Shown one piece after another: positions 1-8,441 of a stretch of 64,000 nucleotides of DNA. The DNA lies in the sequence record OV032902.1, one strand, 5' to 3'. The notes beneath the pieces were generated by a model. It worked only from the letters and a program-made list of their open reading frames with translations. It was not told the DNA's origin and did no database searches. The position numbers were made by a program, and so were the translations under genes. Numbering within the stretch: the stretch's first letter is position 1; each line of letters begins with the position of its first letter.

Positions 1-2
1 CA

Positions 3-2069
3 CTTAAAGACGAAGACCGCAACTCTAATGCATTGGTTATCCGTCTAAGTCCAGATATTGTTCTTCCTATCTGCGACCCAAGTGACCCGTCTTTGCATCA
101 CGGCTACTACATCCTAGCTGATGAAAACGGTCATCTTTCTAGCTCGTGTCAAGACACCGGCTTTATGAAAGAACTTCTAGGTCGTCTGAAGAAAGCTCTT
201 CATGACGAATCTTCTCAAGAGTACACGGTTATCAAAGACCTTGGTATGATTGAGAAAGACCAAGAAGCTAAGTCTCGTCAAGCAGTAACTGACTTAATGT
301 CTAAATGGGTAGACGAAGTAGAAAAGCCTATTCGTGAGCAGATTGAAAAGTCTGGTATTATCTCAGGTGACCTAGACCTTAAGAATTACGAAAACTTTTA
401 TCGTATCCTTTTGAGTCGTCACTTGAAAAAGAAGAAGACGCGCATCATCTATGTTCCTGCTAAGCTAGTAAGCTACATGGCAATGGAATACAATGAAATC
501 GGTCAAGGTGTTTCTCTGTTAGAGCAAACCGCTTATTATTCTTCTGTTCGTGCCATCGTGCAAATCACTGGCTTGATGAACATGATGCATAACGCTATTC
601 CGACTACTGACCTACAGGTTACGTTGGATGAAGACGACCCAGACCCAATGGGCACAATCGAAACCATCATGCATGAGCTATCTAAGATGACAGCTCTGAA
701 CTTCCCTATTGGTACAGTTGACCCTTCTGAGATTATTACGTCTCTACAAAAGGCAGCTTATCGTCTTAAAGTAGACGGGGGCAAATACTTCCCTAAAACT
801 TCTACTGAGATGACTGACTCTGCCAAAGGACGTAACACTCAGATTAATACTGACTTGGATGAAGACCTACGACGCAAACAATACGCAGGCCTAGGTGTAA
901 GTCCAGAAGCCATTGACCAGAGTTTACAGGGTGAGTTCGCAACGCAGATAGTTCTGAATGACTTAATGTCTGCTCGTCGCGCTATGGCTAAACAGGCTAT
1001 CTTTAAAGATGACTTGATTGAGTTCATCACGAAGATTATCGAGTTCTCTCCTGCAATGCAAAAAGCACTTAAGGACGAGGGCATTAAAGATATCGCTCGT
1101 TTCGTTTACGGTATGGAACTCATCATGCCTACTGCTGATACTTCACGTATCGAACAGCAAGCAGAAGCATGGGAGAAAGTTAGCCGATTTGCCGATGAAG
1201 TATTCCCATCAGTTATCTCTGACGACATGCTACGTGGTATTGCTGGTGTTGACTCTCAATACACTCGTGACATGTTGGACGACATGCGTCAAATCTTTGC
1301 TTCGGCTTACAAACGTATGTGGCTTAAAGATAACAACATCCTTCCTGAAATCTGGGCCATCATTGACCCTGATGATGAAACAGGCATGGGTGCTGAAATC
1401 AAAGATCACTACGAGAAAGTATTCAAGTCTGTTGGTCCAATGATTAAGTCTGTTCTTAAAGGTATCTCTAAGAATGACATCATGGTTGCTAAAGAGCTTG
1501 AAGAACTTAAAGCTAATGCTGGTGAAGATGCTGATCAATCTCAATTCGGTAATCAGCCTGCTCCAGGTATTGCTGCTCCGTTCGGTGCTGATGGTTCTGC
1601 ATTCGGCGAGGAAGGTGCTGACGACGGTACGGTTTCTGATGACCCATTCGCTGGAGATGATGTGGAAGATTCACCACAGCCATTCGAAGGTGACTTAGGT
1701 GATGATGAACCAGCGGGTGATGAACCTGTCGAAGGTGAAGAGCCAGTAGAGGGAGAAGGTGAGGATGATCTTGCTGACGACCCTAATGACCCGTTAGACG
1801 ATGACCCGTTCGCAGGCGATGAAGCTGCGGAAGGTGCTGAAGATGTAGACACTGTTGATGAGGACGTTCCAGGTGAAGGTGACGGTACTGACGAAACGCC
1901 AGAGGGAGAAGGCGAAGGAGAGGGTGACGAGGAAATCGAAACACCTGATGATGTAGGCGTAACAGAAGAGGAGTTAGAAGACAATCCTAACGACCCTCTA
2001 GATGACGACCCATTCGCAGGCGATGACGATGACATCATTCCTGTTCCTGGTTCTGACCAAGGGCAATAA
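3..2069 (+). CDS. Probable phiKZ-like portal protein (5'-truncated) with long Asp/Glu-rich C-terminal tail
   Basis: The frame is open from base 3 (LKDEDRNSNALVIRL..), so the gene starts upstream of the window. Segment LVIRLSPDIVLPICDPSDPSLHHGYYILADENG resembles, from memory, phiKZ gp129-type portal proteins. The last ~180 aa are acidic and low-complexity. Confidence 0.62.
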   Translation, partial: LKDEDRNSNALVIRLSPDIVLPICDPSDPSLHHGYYILADENGHLSSSCQDTGFMKELLGRLKKALHDESSQEYTVIKDLGMIEKDQEAKSRQAVTDLMSKWVDEVEKPIREQIEKSGIISGDLDLKNYENFYRILLSRHLKKKKTRIIYVPAKLVSYMAMEYNEIGQGVSLLEQTAYYSSVRAIVQITGLMNMMHNAIPTTDLQVTLDEDDPDPMGTIETIMHELSKMTALNFPIGTVDPSEIITSLQKAAYRLKVDGGKYFPKTSTEMTDSAKGRNTQINTDLDEDLRRKQYAGLGVSPEAIDQSLQGEFATQIVLNDLMSARRAMAKQAIFKDDLIEFITKIIEFSPAMQKALKDEGIKDIARFVYGMELIMPTADTSRIEQQAEAWEKVSRFADEVFPSVISDDMLRGIAGVDSQYTRDMLDDMRQIFASAYKRMWLKDNNILPEIWAIIDPDDETGMGAEIKDHYEKVFKSVGPMIKSVLKGISKNDIMVAKELEELKANAGEDADQSQFGNQPAPGIAAPFGADGSAFGEEGADDGTVSDDPFAGDDVEDSPQPFEGDLGDDEPAGDEPVEGEEPVEGEGEDDLADDPNDPLDDDPFAGDEAAEGAEDVDTVDEDVPGEGDGTDETPEGEGEGEGDEEIETPDDVGVTEEELEDNPNDPLDDDPFAGDDDDIIPVPGSDQGQ

Positions 2070-2101
2070 CAAATAAAAAGATTCGGACACAGCAATGTGT
2101 C

Positions 2102-2128
2102 TGAATCTCTTTTTATCTCTATATTACC
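2102..2128 (+). promoter_or_regulatory. Early-type phage promoter, copy 1 (TGAATCT..TCTCTATATTACCT)
   Basis: TATATTAC at 2120-2127 matches the phiKZ early-promoter core. The motif recurs at 3783, 9818 and 19022, each time upstream of an operon. Confidence 0.7.
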
Positions 2129-2160
2129 TTATTGAGTTTATTCACATAAAGGAAATAATC

Positions 2161-2484
2161 ATGCGTAAATTTGCAAACGGAGAAGAGGTACAAGTATTCT
2201 CTGAAACTACTGGTAAGTGGGAAGATACTTTTGTCATGGAATACATTGGCGATTGTGATGTAACCGTCATGCCTAACATGAAAAAGATTTTCTATACTAA
2301 CTGTTACAAGCTGGATTCCAGTTATCATCCGATAGCTAAGAAACACGGACAAGATTACGTTCTAGCTGAAGAGCAACATATCCGCCGTAAACCAAAGCAT
2401 CCTACGGTAGTCGACTTTGACGAAATGATGCACAAACTTAAAAACCCTGATCTAATCGAAAAGCCAGAAGGAGAAATGGCATGA
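2161..2484 (+). CDS. Hypothetical protein (107 aa), possibly small beta-barrel
   Basis: ATG at 2161 follows AAGGAAATAATC, preferred over the 2095 start. Stop overlaps the next start (ATGA). Confidence 0.8.
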   Translation: MRKFANGEEVQVFSETTGKWEDTFVMEYIGDCDVTVMPNMKKIFYTNCYKLDSSYHPIAKKHGQDYVLAEEQHIRRKPKHPTVVDFDEMMHKLKNPDLIEKPEGEMA

Positions 2485-3353
2485 GTAACAACAAAGGTAT
2501 TGGCGTACAATACAACAACATCAAAAAGACAGGCATTAGCCTAGAGACGCACATCAATCTAGTATATGCGGTACTGGCTTTATTCATCGGTCTTTTCATG
2601 TTCGTTGTTTACGAAAACGTAAAGCTTACTCGTGAGGTTGACGAGCTGACTCAAATGCTAGATAACGCAGAAGGTAATCTAGTTGACTCAGAAGACAATG
2701 CCTTGGCGCTGACTCGTGAATTAACGATGATGACCAAGCATGTTAAGGACTTAGAAGAGAAACTAAATCCTGAACCATTCAAGCCTGAGTTGGGTCTGAC
2801 TGATCTTCAGAATAAGTTGTGTCTTGCTATCACAGCTTTCACTGAAACAAACGGTGAACCTACCTTGGCACGGGAGACCATGTCTTGGGCCATCATAAAC
2901 AGAGCCATTGACCCTCGTGCGGCAGATGGCAAGAGTCGAGCTTACAAAAACAATACTTGTGCAGTAGGTGCGGCTAAGAACCAATACTCTGGTATGGGTC
3001 CATACATCGTAGATATTGAAGATGTAGTATGGGGTAACATTACATCCTTTACTCCTGCCCTGGCCAAAAAGAATGCAGAGGAAATGAAAGCATGGAAAGA
3101 CATCTTGCGCATCTCTTCTGAAATCATTGATGGTAAACTAACCCGAAAGACCACAGCCACTCATTTCATCTCCTTCCGAGGAATGAAAGGCGCCAAGCGT
3201 CCATCGTGGGTAGATTACTTCATGCCTGTAGGTACGACTACTGAATCTGGCTTGCATACTCTTTACCGTGATTATGGTTATGATCGCACAACAGGTGAGA
3301 TAGTTTACTTTACTAAGGCTACTCCATATAACCCTAACAAACATCGTTACTAG
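2481..3353 (+). CDS. Membrane-anchored cell-wall hydrolase, Hydrolase_2/SleB-like lytic transglycosylase
   Basis: N-terminal TM (INLVYAVLALFIGLFMFVVY) and a coiled coil, then CLAITAFTETNGE..AIINR..TCAV..NQYS, matching the SleB pattern CLAxxxYxEARGE..VIxNR..xCxV..QFS with the catalytic Glu. Confidence 0.78.
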   Translation: MSNNKGIGVQYNNIKKTGISLETHINLVYAVLALFIGLFMFVVYENVKLTREVDELTQMLDNAEGNLVDSEDNALALTRELTMMTKHVKDLEEKLNPEPFKPELGLTDLQNKLCLAITAFTETNGEPTLARETMSWAIINRAIDPRAADGKSRAYKNNTCAVGAAKNQYSGMGPYIVDIEDVVWGNITSFTPALAKKNAEEMKAWKDILRISSEIIDGKLTRKTTATHFISFRGMKGAKRPSWVDYFMPVGTTTESGLHTLYRDYGYDRTTGEIVYFTKATPYNPNKHRY

Positions 3354-3361
3354 GAGGTAAC

Positions 3362-3781
3362 ATGAATTTTCTAATGGGCGAATATATTCTAGAGGTTTAC
3401 GTGGTAGCATATTTCTTGTGCTACTTTGCATTCCTTCTTACTAACCTTCCACCAAAAGGAACAATGGGTACAAAACAAATGAAGAGACTTTGGTTCGAAG
3501 GTCAACTAATGCTTATGCTTCTACCTATGTTTGTAGGCGGCATCGCATATGGACTGGCTTTCGGATTCGGTGCACGGGAAGGTTCAGCTAACTATCTGTT
3601 CTTTGTGTTCTCTAGTTGGTTCTTATCTACCATGGTATATAAGACGATACGCAAGAAGTCCACAGAAACGCCAGGTCAGAAGTTCTTCTCAACCGCTGTA
3701 GAAAAGTATCATAGCGTAATAGGTCCGGTGTTGTTTACCTTCTTCTTGTATGGTATCTGGATCTATCATCCTGCGGTTTAA
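3362..3781 (+). CDS. Multi-pass (about 4 TM) membrane protein of unknown function
   Basis: GGAGG RBS; several hydrophobic stretches. Confidence 0.8.
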   Translation: MNFLMGEYILEVYVVAYFLCYFAFLLTNLPPKGTMGTKQMKRLWFEGQLMLMLLPMFVGGIAYGLAFGFGAREGSANYLFFVFSSWFLSTMVYKTIRKKSTETPGQKFFSTAVEKYHSVIGPVLFTFFLYGIWIYHPAV

Positions 3782-3782
3782 A

Positions 3783-3821
3783 TGAATCTGAAAGATATTT
3801 CATCTCTATATAACCTATATG
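3783..3821 (+). promoter_or_regulatory. Early-type phage promoter, copy 2
   Basis: TGAATCTGAAAGATATTTCATCTCTATATAACCTATATG, nearly identical to the copy at 19022. Confidence 0.75.
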
Positions 3822-3858
3822 GATGTGATACAATAAACATCTATACCACTGCTTTTAG

Positions 3859-3893
3859 CCTCCACAGCCTTCGGGTTGTGGAGGTATCTTTTT
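3859..3893 (+). terminator. UUCG-loop hairpin with U-rich tail
   Basis: CCTCCACAGCC-TTCG-GGTTGTGGAGG followed by TATCTTTTT. Confidence 0.7.
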
Positions 3894-3924
3894 CTAACAC
3901 AACTTAAAATTTTGGAGTTTTGCT

Positions 3925-4053
3925 ATGCGTCTTACTAACGGTCAAGTTCTTGTTATGGGTATTCTTTCTCTTGTTCTATTCTTTACAGTAGGTCAAGATA
4001 ACACTGAAGCTTACAACAATCACGTAATGGAAACAACAACTCATCAAGAGTAA
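3925..4053 (+). CDS. 42-aa single-TM peptide (absent from the ORF track)
   Basis: GGAG RBS; MRLTNGQVLVMGILSLVLFFTVGQDNTEAYNNHVMETTTHQE; host-like codons; followed by a hairpin. Confidence 0.7.
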   Translation: MRLTNGQVLVMGILSLVLFFTVGQDNTEAYNNHVMETTTHQE

Positions 4054-4061
4054 TATTATCA

Positions 4062-4083
4062 AAAGGCTTTTCGCAGAGCCTTT
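4062..4083 (+). terminator. Hairpin after the 42-aa ORF
   Basis: AAAGGCTTT-TCGC-AGAGCCTTT. Confidence 0.5.
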
Positions 4084-4120
4084 GAATAATCTTACTATCT
4101 AAAACAAAAGGAAACTTATT

Positions 4121-4384
4121 ATGTTCTATACTGCTAAACAATGGTGTGCTGCTAAACGTCTTGGTACTTTCATGGGCTTTGTTGGTTACACTGTACACAT
4201 GTTCCTAACTTGGTTAGAGAACCCTGTATCTTGGATCATCCTTGGTCTTAACGTAATCGCTGGTCCTGAAGCGGTTGTAGCTTGTATCGTAACTTGGGTT
4301 GTTATCGATGTAGTTATGTCTGCTATCGTAAACCTTGTAGCGTTTTTCTGTAACGACAACCGCATGATTGCGGATGCCGCTTAA
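4121..4384 (+). CDS. Small hydrophobic membrane protein (87 aa)
   Basis: AAGGAA RBS; mostly hydrophobic. Confidence 0.8.
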   Translation: MFYTAKQWCAAKRLGTFMGFVGYTVHMFLTWLENPVSWIILGLNVIAGPEAVVACIVTWVVIDVVMSAIVNLVAFFCNDNRMIADAA

Positions 4385-4425
4385 TCTTTACTATCTTAAT
4401 CTAAATCTAATTCGGAGTATTTCTC

Positions 4426-4764
4426 ATGTTTAAACTATTTACTGATATCAAACAAAAAGTAACTAACTTCTTCAACGGTGCTTACCTTGCACTTAAATCT
4501 GCATTCGCTTCAGAAAACAAAGCTGATGCTGCGATGTCTTATGCTGTTAACGCTAAAGACATGCCACTTGATGCAGCTACTCGTGCTGGTATCAAGTTCG
4601 GTGGTGTTCTTGGCTTCAACGTAACTCACCCACTACAACTATCTGTACTTGGTATTTACTTTGTAGCTGAAGCTTTCTTCGGTGCTGGCCTTGTTGCGGC
4701 ACTATGTGGCGTAGTAATTATTCCTGTAGTTACTGCTACTCTATGTGCAATCTTCCTTGACTAA
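4426..4764 (+). CDS. Membrane protein with MFKLF amphipathic N-terminus (112 aa)
   Basis: GGAG RBS; starts MFKLFTDIKQKVTNFF; hydrophobic C-terminal half. Confidence 0.82.
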   Translation: MFKLFTDIKQKVTNFFNGAYLALKSAFASENKADAAMSYAVNAKDMPLDAATRAGIKFGGVLGFNVTHPLQLSVLGIYFVAEAFFGAGLVAALCGVVIIPVVTATLCAIFLD

Positions 4765-4776
4765 TTCGGAGGTCAT

Positions 4777-5301
4777 ATGTTTAATTGGTTCAAAAATAAA
4801 ATCATGGCTGCCGCTAAGGCAGTCAAGGAGTTTTTCACTGAAGGTAAGTTTCTAGTGAAAGCGCCTAAGGTTATTCGCAATAACGTTTCGCCACTAGGTG
4901 GTTGGAAATGGTCACCTGAGTTAGATGAATATCTGACTCGTATCGAAGACACATACCTGGGCATGAACGAAGGTACTGTTGAGCTTCTAATTCAAGAGTT
5001 GCCTGGCGTGTTCGCAATGAAGTCAATCTCTAACCACCGTGGTATGCGCGTAGTTAAGCAATTCATCATTAATCAGCTAAAGCAGCTGGTAGCTGGTGAT
5101 AAAGAGAAAACGTCTTATCTTAACAAAATGGAACAGTTTATCCCTAACAAGGAAACTGGTCCTATGCCTGAATCACAAAAAGAAATCTCATACGGCATGG
5201 CTCGTGTGATCTGTCTATATTTCAACGAAGTACCTGCTCCTATGTTTTCTAACAATAAGGGGGCTAAGGTATTTAGTCTTCTTAAAGCAATGGAGCAATA
5301 A
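4777..5301 (+). CDS. Hypothetical protein with amphipathic N-terminus (174 aa)
   Basis: GGAGG RBS; starts MFNWFKNKIMAAAKAVKEFF. Confidence 0.82.
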   Translation: MFNWFKNKIMAAAKAVKEFFTEGKFLVKAPKVIRNNVSPLGGWKWSPELDEYLTRIEDTYLGMNEGTVELLIQELPGVFAMKSISNHRGMRVVKQFIINQLKQLVAGDKEKTSYLNKMEQFIPNKETGPMPESQKEISYGMARVICLYFNEVPAPMFSNNKGAKVFSLLKAMEQ

Positions 5302-5303
5302 TT

Positions 5304-5741
5304 ATGTTTAAACTGTTTAAGAAAATCATCAAGTCAGTTGTTGACTTTGTTAAATCTATCTTCTCTAAAGAAGAAAAGAAACAAGAAGTAATTAAAACCA
5401 AGGAAGAAAAACTTGGCGAACTATTTGACAAGAGCGTTCGCGGTAATGCTATTACTGAAAAAGATGTAGAACTAATCACTGCTGATACTCCAGCAGAAGC
5501 TATCTATATCGTAGATCATTTCACTGGTAGCCCAATGTTTCCGCAAGAAGGTCGCGTCATCTACTATTTCTTTGGTCAGTTTTGTGAAAACGAAACAGTT
5601 GACGAAAAACTTCAGCAGGCGATTCTTGATGTCGTTTTGAAGTTTGGTCCAAAGATCATAGAAACAAAAGGTATCTGTATTGGCGCGCGCGCTTCTTTTG
5701 CCGCGATAATTAAACGTTATGAAGAAAACAAGGACAAATAA
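5304..5741 (+). CDS. Hypothetical protein, paralog of 7952..8374
   Basis: Starts MFKLFKKIIKSVVDFVKSIF. SVRGNAITEKDVEL and FCENETVD match SVTGNPIKESDVAL and FAENKTVD. Confidence 0.85.
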   Translation: MFKLFKKIIKSVVDFVKSIFSKEEKKQEVIKTKEEKLGELFDKSVRGNAITEKDVELITADTPAEAIYIVDHFTGSPMFPQEGRVIYYFFGQFCENETVDEKLQQAILDVVLKFGPKIIETKGICIGARASFAAIIKRYEENKDK

Positions 5742-6607
5742 TGAATACTAACAAAATCACAAACGAAATTAACAACATCGTAATTTTTACGAGAAAGAAC
5801 GATGCTTTCATTTCACGCAATGCTATGGCCGATGCGACAGGCATTAATGGCACTATTGCTTCCATGGCCGTTGGTGCCGGTAGTGTACTTGGTGCACTTC
5901 TTCCGGTAGCTGTCGTTGACTTTTTCATCGACATGGCAAAGGAAACTGGCGTCGATGGCGCTGCTGTAGTGACAACTGCTTTATCTGAAATATGCGAATC
6001 AATCGGTCTCGAATATAAAGATAGCTTAGTTGCCTTGGTACTAGGCGGCGCTATTGCTGGCATCGCTGGTGCTGGCTTGGGTTGGTTAGTCAAACAACTT
6101 ATTGATTGGGGCGTTAAACGCATTCAATCAAAGAAGATAGAAGCCAAGTTCGAGATGTTTAAAAACGCAAATGCCGGTTTACAATCTACGGCCATTATGA
6201 TTGCAGAGCGCGAAGAGTTAACCGATTACGACGTATTTTGTCTACTGGAACAATTGGAAAACTTCATGTCTATTTTTGGTGTGAGCTTTGATGACTTAAA
6301 TAAACTAGTTAAGCGAGTTAACGAAATAAAGTTTGTTGAGTGTCAAGAGGAAATCATCGAAGAAAGCATTGATCTTCACGCTAACCTGCTCAACGAAGCA
6401 CTAGACGTAGAACTAAAGTCGATCCCAGACGAATACGTTTCTTCTGATCTAGATGAGACATATTTGCTGTTGTCTGAAATGGGCATCTCCTTGGATAACT
6501 GGCTTCATCTACTAGATGTAGAAAATCTATGTAAGAAACCACAAAATGAAATGAATAATTTCATGCTTAAATATAAACAGGAAATAAAGAAAAATGCAAT
6601 TGCGTAA
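5741..6607 (+). CDS. Glycine-zipper-like membrane protein, paralog of 8442..9299
   Basis: GSVLGALLP, GGAIAGIAGAGLG and TDY..F..FG..FDD..KFV are shared with the 8442 protein. Confidence 0.85.
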   Translation: MNTNKITNEINNIVIFTRKNDAFISRNAMADATGINGTIASMAVGAGSVLGALLPVAVVDFFIDMAKETGVDGAAVVTTALSEICESIGLEYKDSLVALVLGGAIAGIAGAGLGWLVKQLIDWGVKRIQSKKIEAKFEMFKNANAGLQSTAIMIAEREELTDYDVFCLLEQLENFMSIFGVSFDDLNKLVKRVNEIKFVECQEEIIEESIDLHANLLNEALDVELKSIPDEYVSSDLDETYLLLSEMGISLDNWLHLLDVENLCKKPQNEMNNFMLKYKQEIKKNAIA

Positions 6608-6878
6608 TCCGTTTCTAAATATCATTGCAGATCTATTGGTTGGCGATGAATTAGAAAAGCAACGACTCCATGCTAAAAGGTCGATTAAGGCCATTGTTTC
6701 TCTCTGTAAGTCAAATAGGTTCCGATTGACCGATGACCTACGAGAAGCCATCGAGGGAGTTTTTGATATAAATCCAACAGCGACACTGTCCTTTGAAGTC
6801 CACATGCGAAACCAAAATGGCGATGATATGAAAACAGCCATCGTTGACAGTATAGCTATTTTTGTTAAAGATGAGTAA
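6594..6878 (+). CDS. Hypothetical protein (94 aa), probable distant paralog of 9293..9631
   Basis: Overlaps the upstream stop; shares NP..EKQR..E.(V/L)F.(I/L).P with the 9293 protein. Confidence 0.7.
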   Translation: MQLRNPFLNIIADLLVGDELEKQRLHAKRSIKAIVSLCKSNRFRLTDDLREAIEGVFDINPTATLSFEVHMRNQNGDDMKTAIVDSIAIFVKDE

Positions 6879-6933
6879 ACCCCAATGGGTGTTTACTAAG
6901 CATCCATGAGAATTTATTTAAAGAGAGTAACTT

Positions 6934-7503
6934 ATGTTTAAACTATTCAAACGCATCAAAGATGCAATCGTAAACTTCGTATCTTCTATCTTCGGTAAGA
7001 AAGAAGAAGCTAAACAAGAAACTGTTCAAGAAGAAACTGTATCTCCTGAAGTACAGCAGTCTATTGAAGAGTTCGAGTCTAAAGTAGATCTTCCTGAGAA
7101 AAGCAACAACGGTCTTGATTACGTAGCTAAAGAGTTCCGTCATTACCTAGGTCGTCATGCTACTCATGATATCCGTAACATCGAAGACATCCAACGTGTA
7201 TGGTTTGCACGTGGTGTTAAGATCGAACAGGTTAAGAAGCGCATGCTTGGTCTACGTAACGTGTTCAATATGAAAGTAATCGAGTCATTGACTACAGGTG
7301 CTGAAGAGTGTCTAGGTCGTGACGGTATCGATACTATCGAGAAGCACGCAATGTCTATCGAGACTGGTTACCGCAAAGCTCTTAAGAACCTACTTAAGAA
7401 CTCTGTGAAACACATGCCATCTTACTTTGCTAAGAAGCATAAGAACCAGATCGCTAAGATCATCAACGACATCACGGCTACTAGCTATGTTCCGGCTAAT
7501 TAA
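6934..7503 (+). CDS. Hypothetical protein with MFKLFK N-terminus (189 aa)
   Basis: Starts MFKLFKRIKDAIVNFVSSIFGKKEE; strongly host-like codons. Confidence 0.85.
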   Translation: MFKLFKRIKDAIVNFVSSIFGKKEEAKQETVQEETVSPEVQQSIEEFESKVDLPEKSNNGLDYVAKEFRHYLGRHATHDIRNIEDIQRVWFARGVKIEQVKKRMLGLRNVFNMKVIESLTTGAEECLGRDGIDTIEKHAMSIETGYRKALKNLLKNSVKHMPSYFAKKHKNQIAKIINDITATSYVPAN

Positions 7504-7942
7504 GAAATGGGTGCGTAAATTCAAGTTATGGCTGTGCGGTCCATCTGTGCCAGACAAACTTGATGCACCTCAGGTGAAACATCCTGACCCAGTCGAAACA
7601 GATGTTCTCGTTGTAGACAATCAATGTGCTCTTGATATCATAATGGTCATCAAGGCAGCTGGTGCGTTTATTACTGAAGTTAAGCATGTTGGCTTTTCTA
7701 AAGTATCACGCGGCTTGCGACTAAAGCTCATAGCGCTGCATAAAATGCTACTGCAAATAGACAGTGTAGATAGCGTAACGCGTCGATCGTCGACACGTCT
7801 GCATGAACTAATCGATGAGGTCATCGCATATGCGAAAGAGGAAACTACTCCGATTAAACGCGAAGAGTTCTTCCGCTTTGCAGAGATGATGAAACTCAAT
7901 ATCCAAACTATCTTACGTAATCGCAACATCCCAATGGGATAA
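7487..7942 (+). CDS. Hypothetical protein with MFRLIKK N-terminus (151 aa)
   Basis: The in-frame ATG at 7487 gives MFRLIKKWVRKFKLW, matching the neighbouring leaders; preferred over 7427. Confidence 0.72.
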   Translation: MFRLIKKWVRKFKLWLCGPSVPDKLDAPQVKHPDPVETDVLVVDNQCALDIIMVIKAAGAFITEVKHVGFSKVSRGLRLKLIALHKMLLQIDSVDSVTRRSSTRLHELIDEVIAYAKEETTPIKREEFFRFAEMMKLNIQTILRNRNIPMG

Positions 7943-7951
7943 GGAAACATA

Positions 7952-8374
7952 ATGTTTAAACTATTTGGTAAAATTAAAGACGCTGTTGTTGGCTTCTTTA
8001 AATCTGTTGTTGAATTTGTCTTTGGTAAGAAAGAAGATAAATCTGAAAAAGCTGAGCGTACTCTAGAGGACGTCTTCAAAGAAAGTGTAACTGGTAATCC
8101 AATTAAAGAGTCAGACGTGGCTCTTTTCCAAGTGGATACACTAGAAACAGCCAAGAAAATCGTTTCGATGTTCGTTTCTATTACTGCACCTAAAGACGGA
8201 GAAGGTTGTGTTTGTTTGACCGAGCCTCTATTTGCAGAAAACAAAACAGTAGACGGCTGTCTACGTATCATCTTCCTTGCAGTAATTCTTAAGTACCACG
8301 ATGAATTGATTAAGGATGAGAAAACCAAACTTATCACTACTTATGTGATGCGTCGCTATAAAGGTGAAGAGTAA
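7952..8374 (+). CDS. Hypothetical protein, paralog of 5304..5741
   Basis: AAGGAA RBS; starts MFKLFGKIKDAVVGFFKSVV. Confidence 0.85.
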   Translation: MFKLFGKIKDAVVGFFKSVVEFVFGKKEDKSEKAERTLEDVFKESVTGNPIKESDVALFQVDTLETAKKIVSMFVSITAPKDGEGCVCLTEPLFAENKTVDGCLRIIFLAVILKYHDELIKDEKTKLITTYVMRRYKGEE

Positions 8375-8441
8375 CGCACAAAGGACATCTTATGGTGTCC
8401 TTGATGAGTTATTCATCACGTAAACAAAAAAGGAAAAAATC

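Noticed and set aside
1553-2095. 180-aa Ser/Pro-rich minus-strand ORF
   Set aside because: Antisense read of the GAT/GAA-rich acidic tail.
3362-3781. Holin call for the 4-TM protein
   Set aside because: Only adjacency to a hydrolase supports it; no holin motif, and it sits behind an early-type promoter.
7621-8337. 238-aa minus-strand ORF
   Set aside because: Overlaps two plus-strand genes that have RBSs and a paralog; no credible minus-strand genes in the window.
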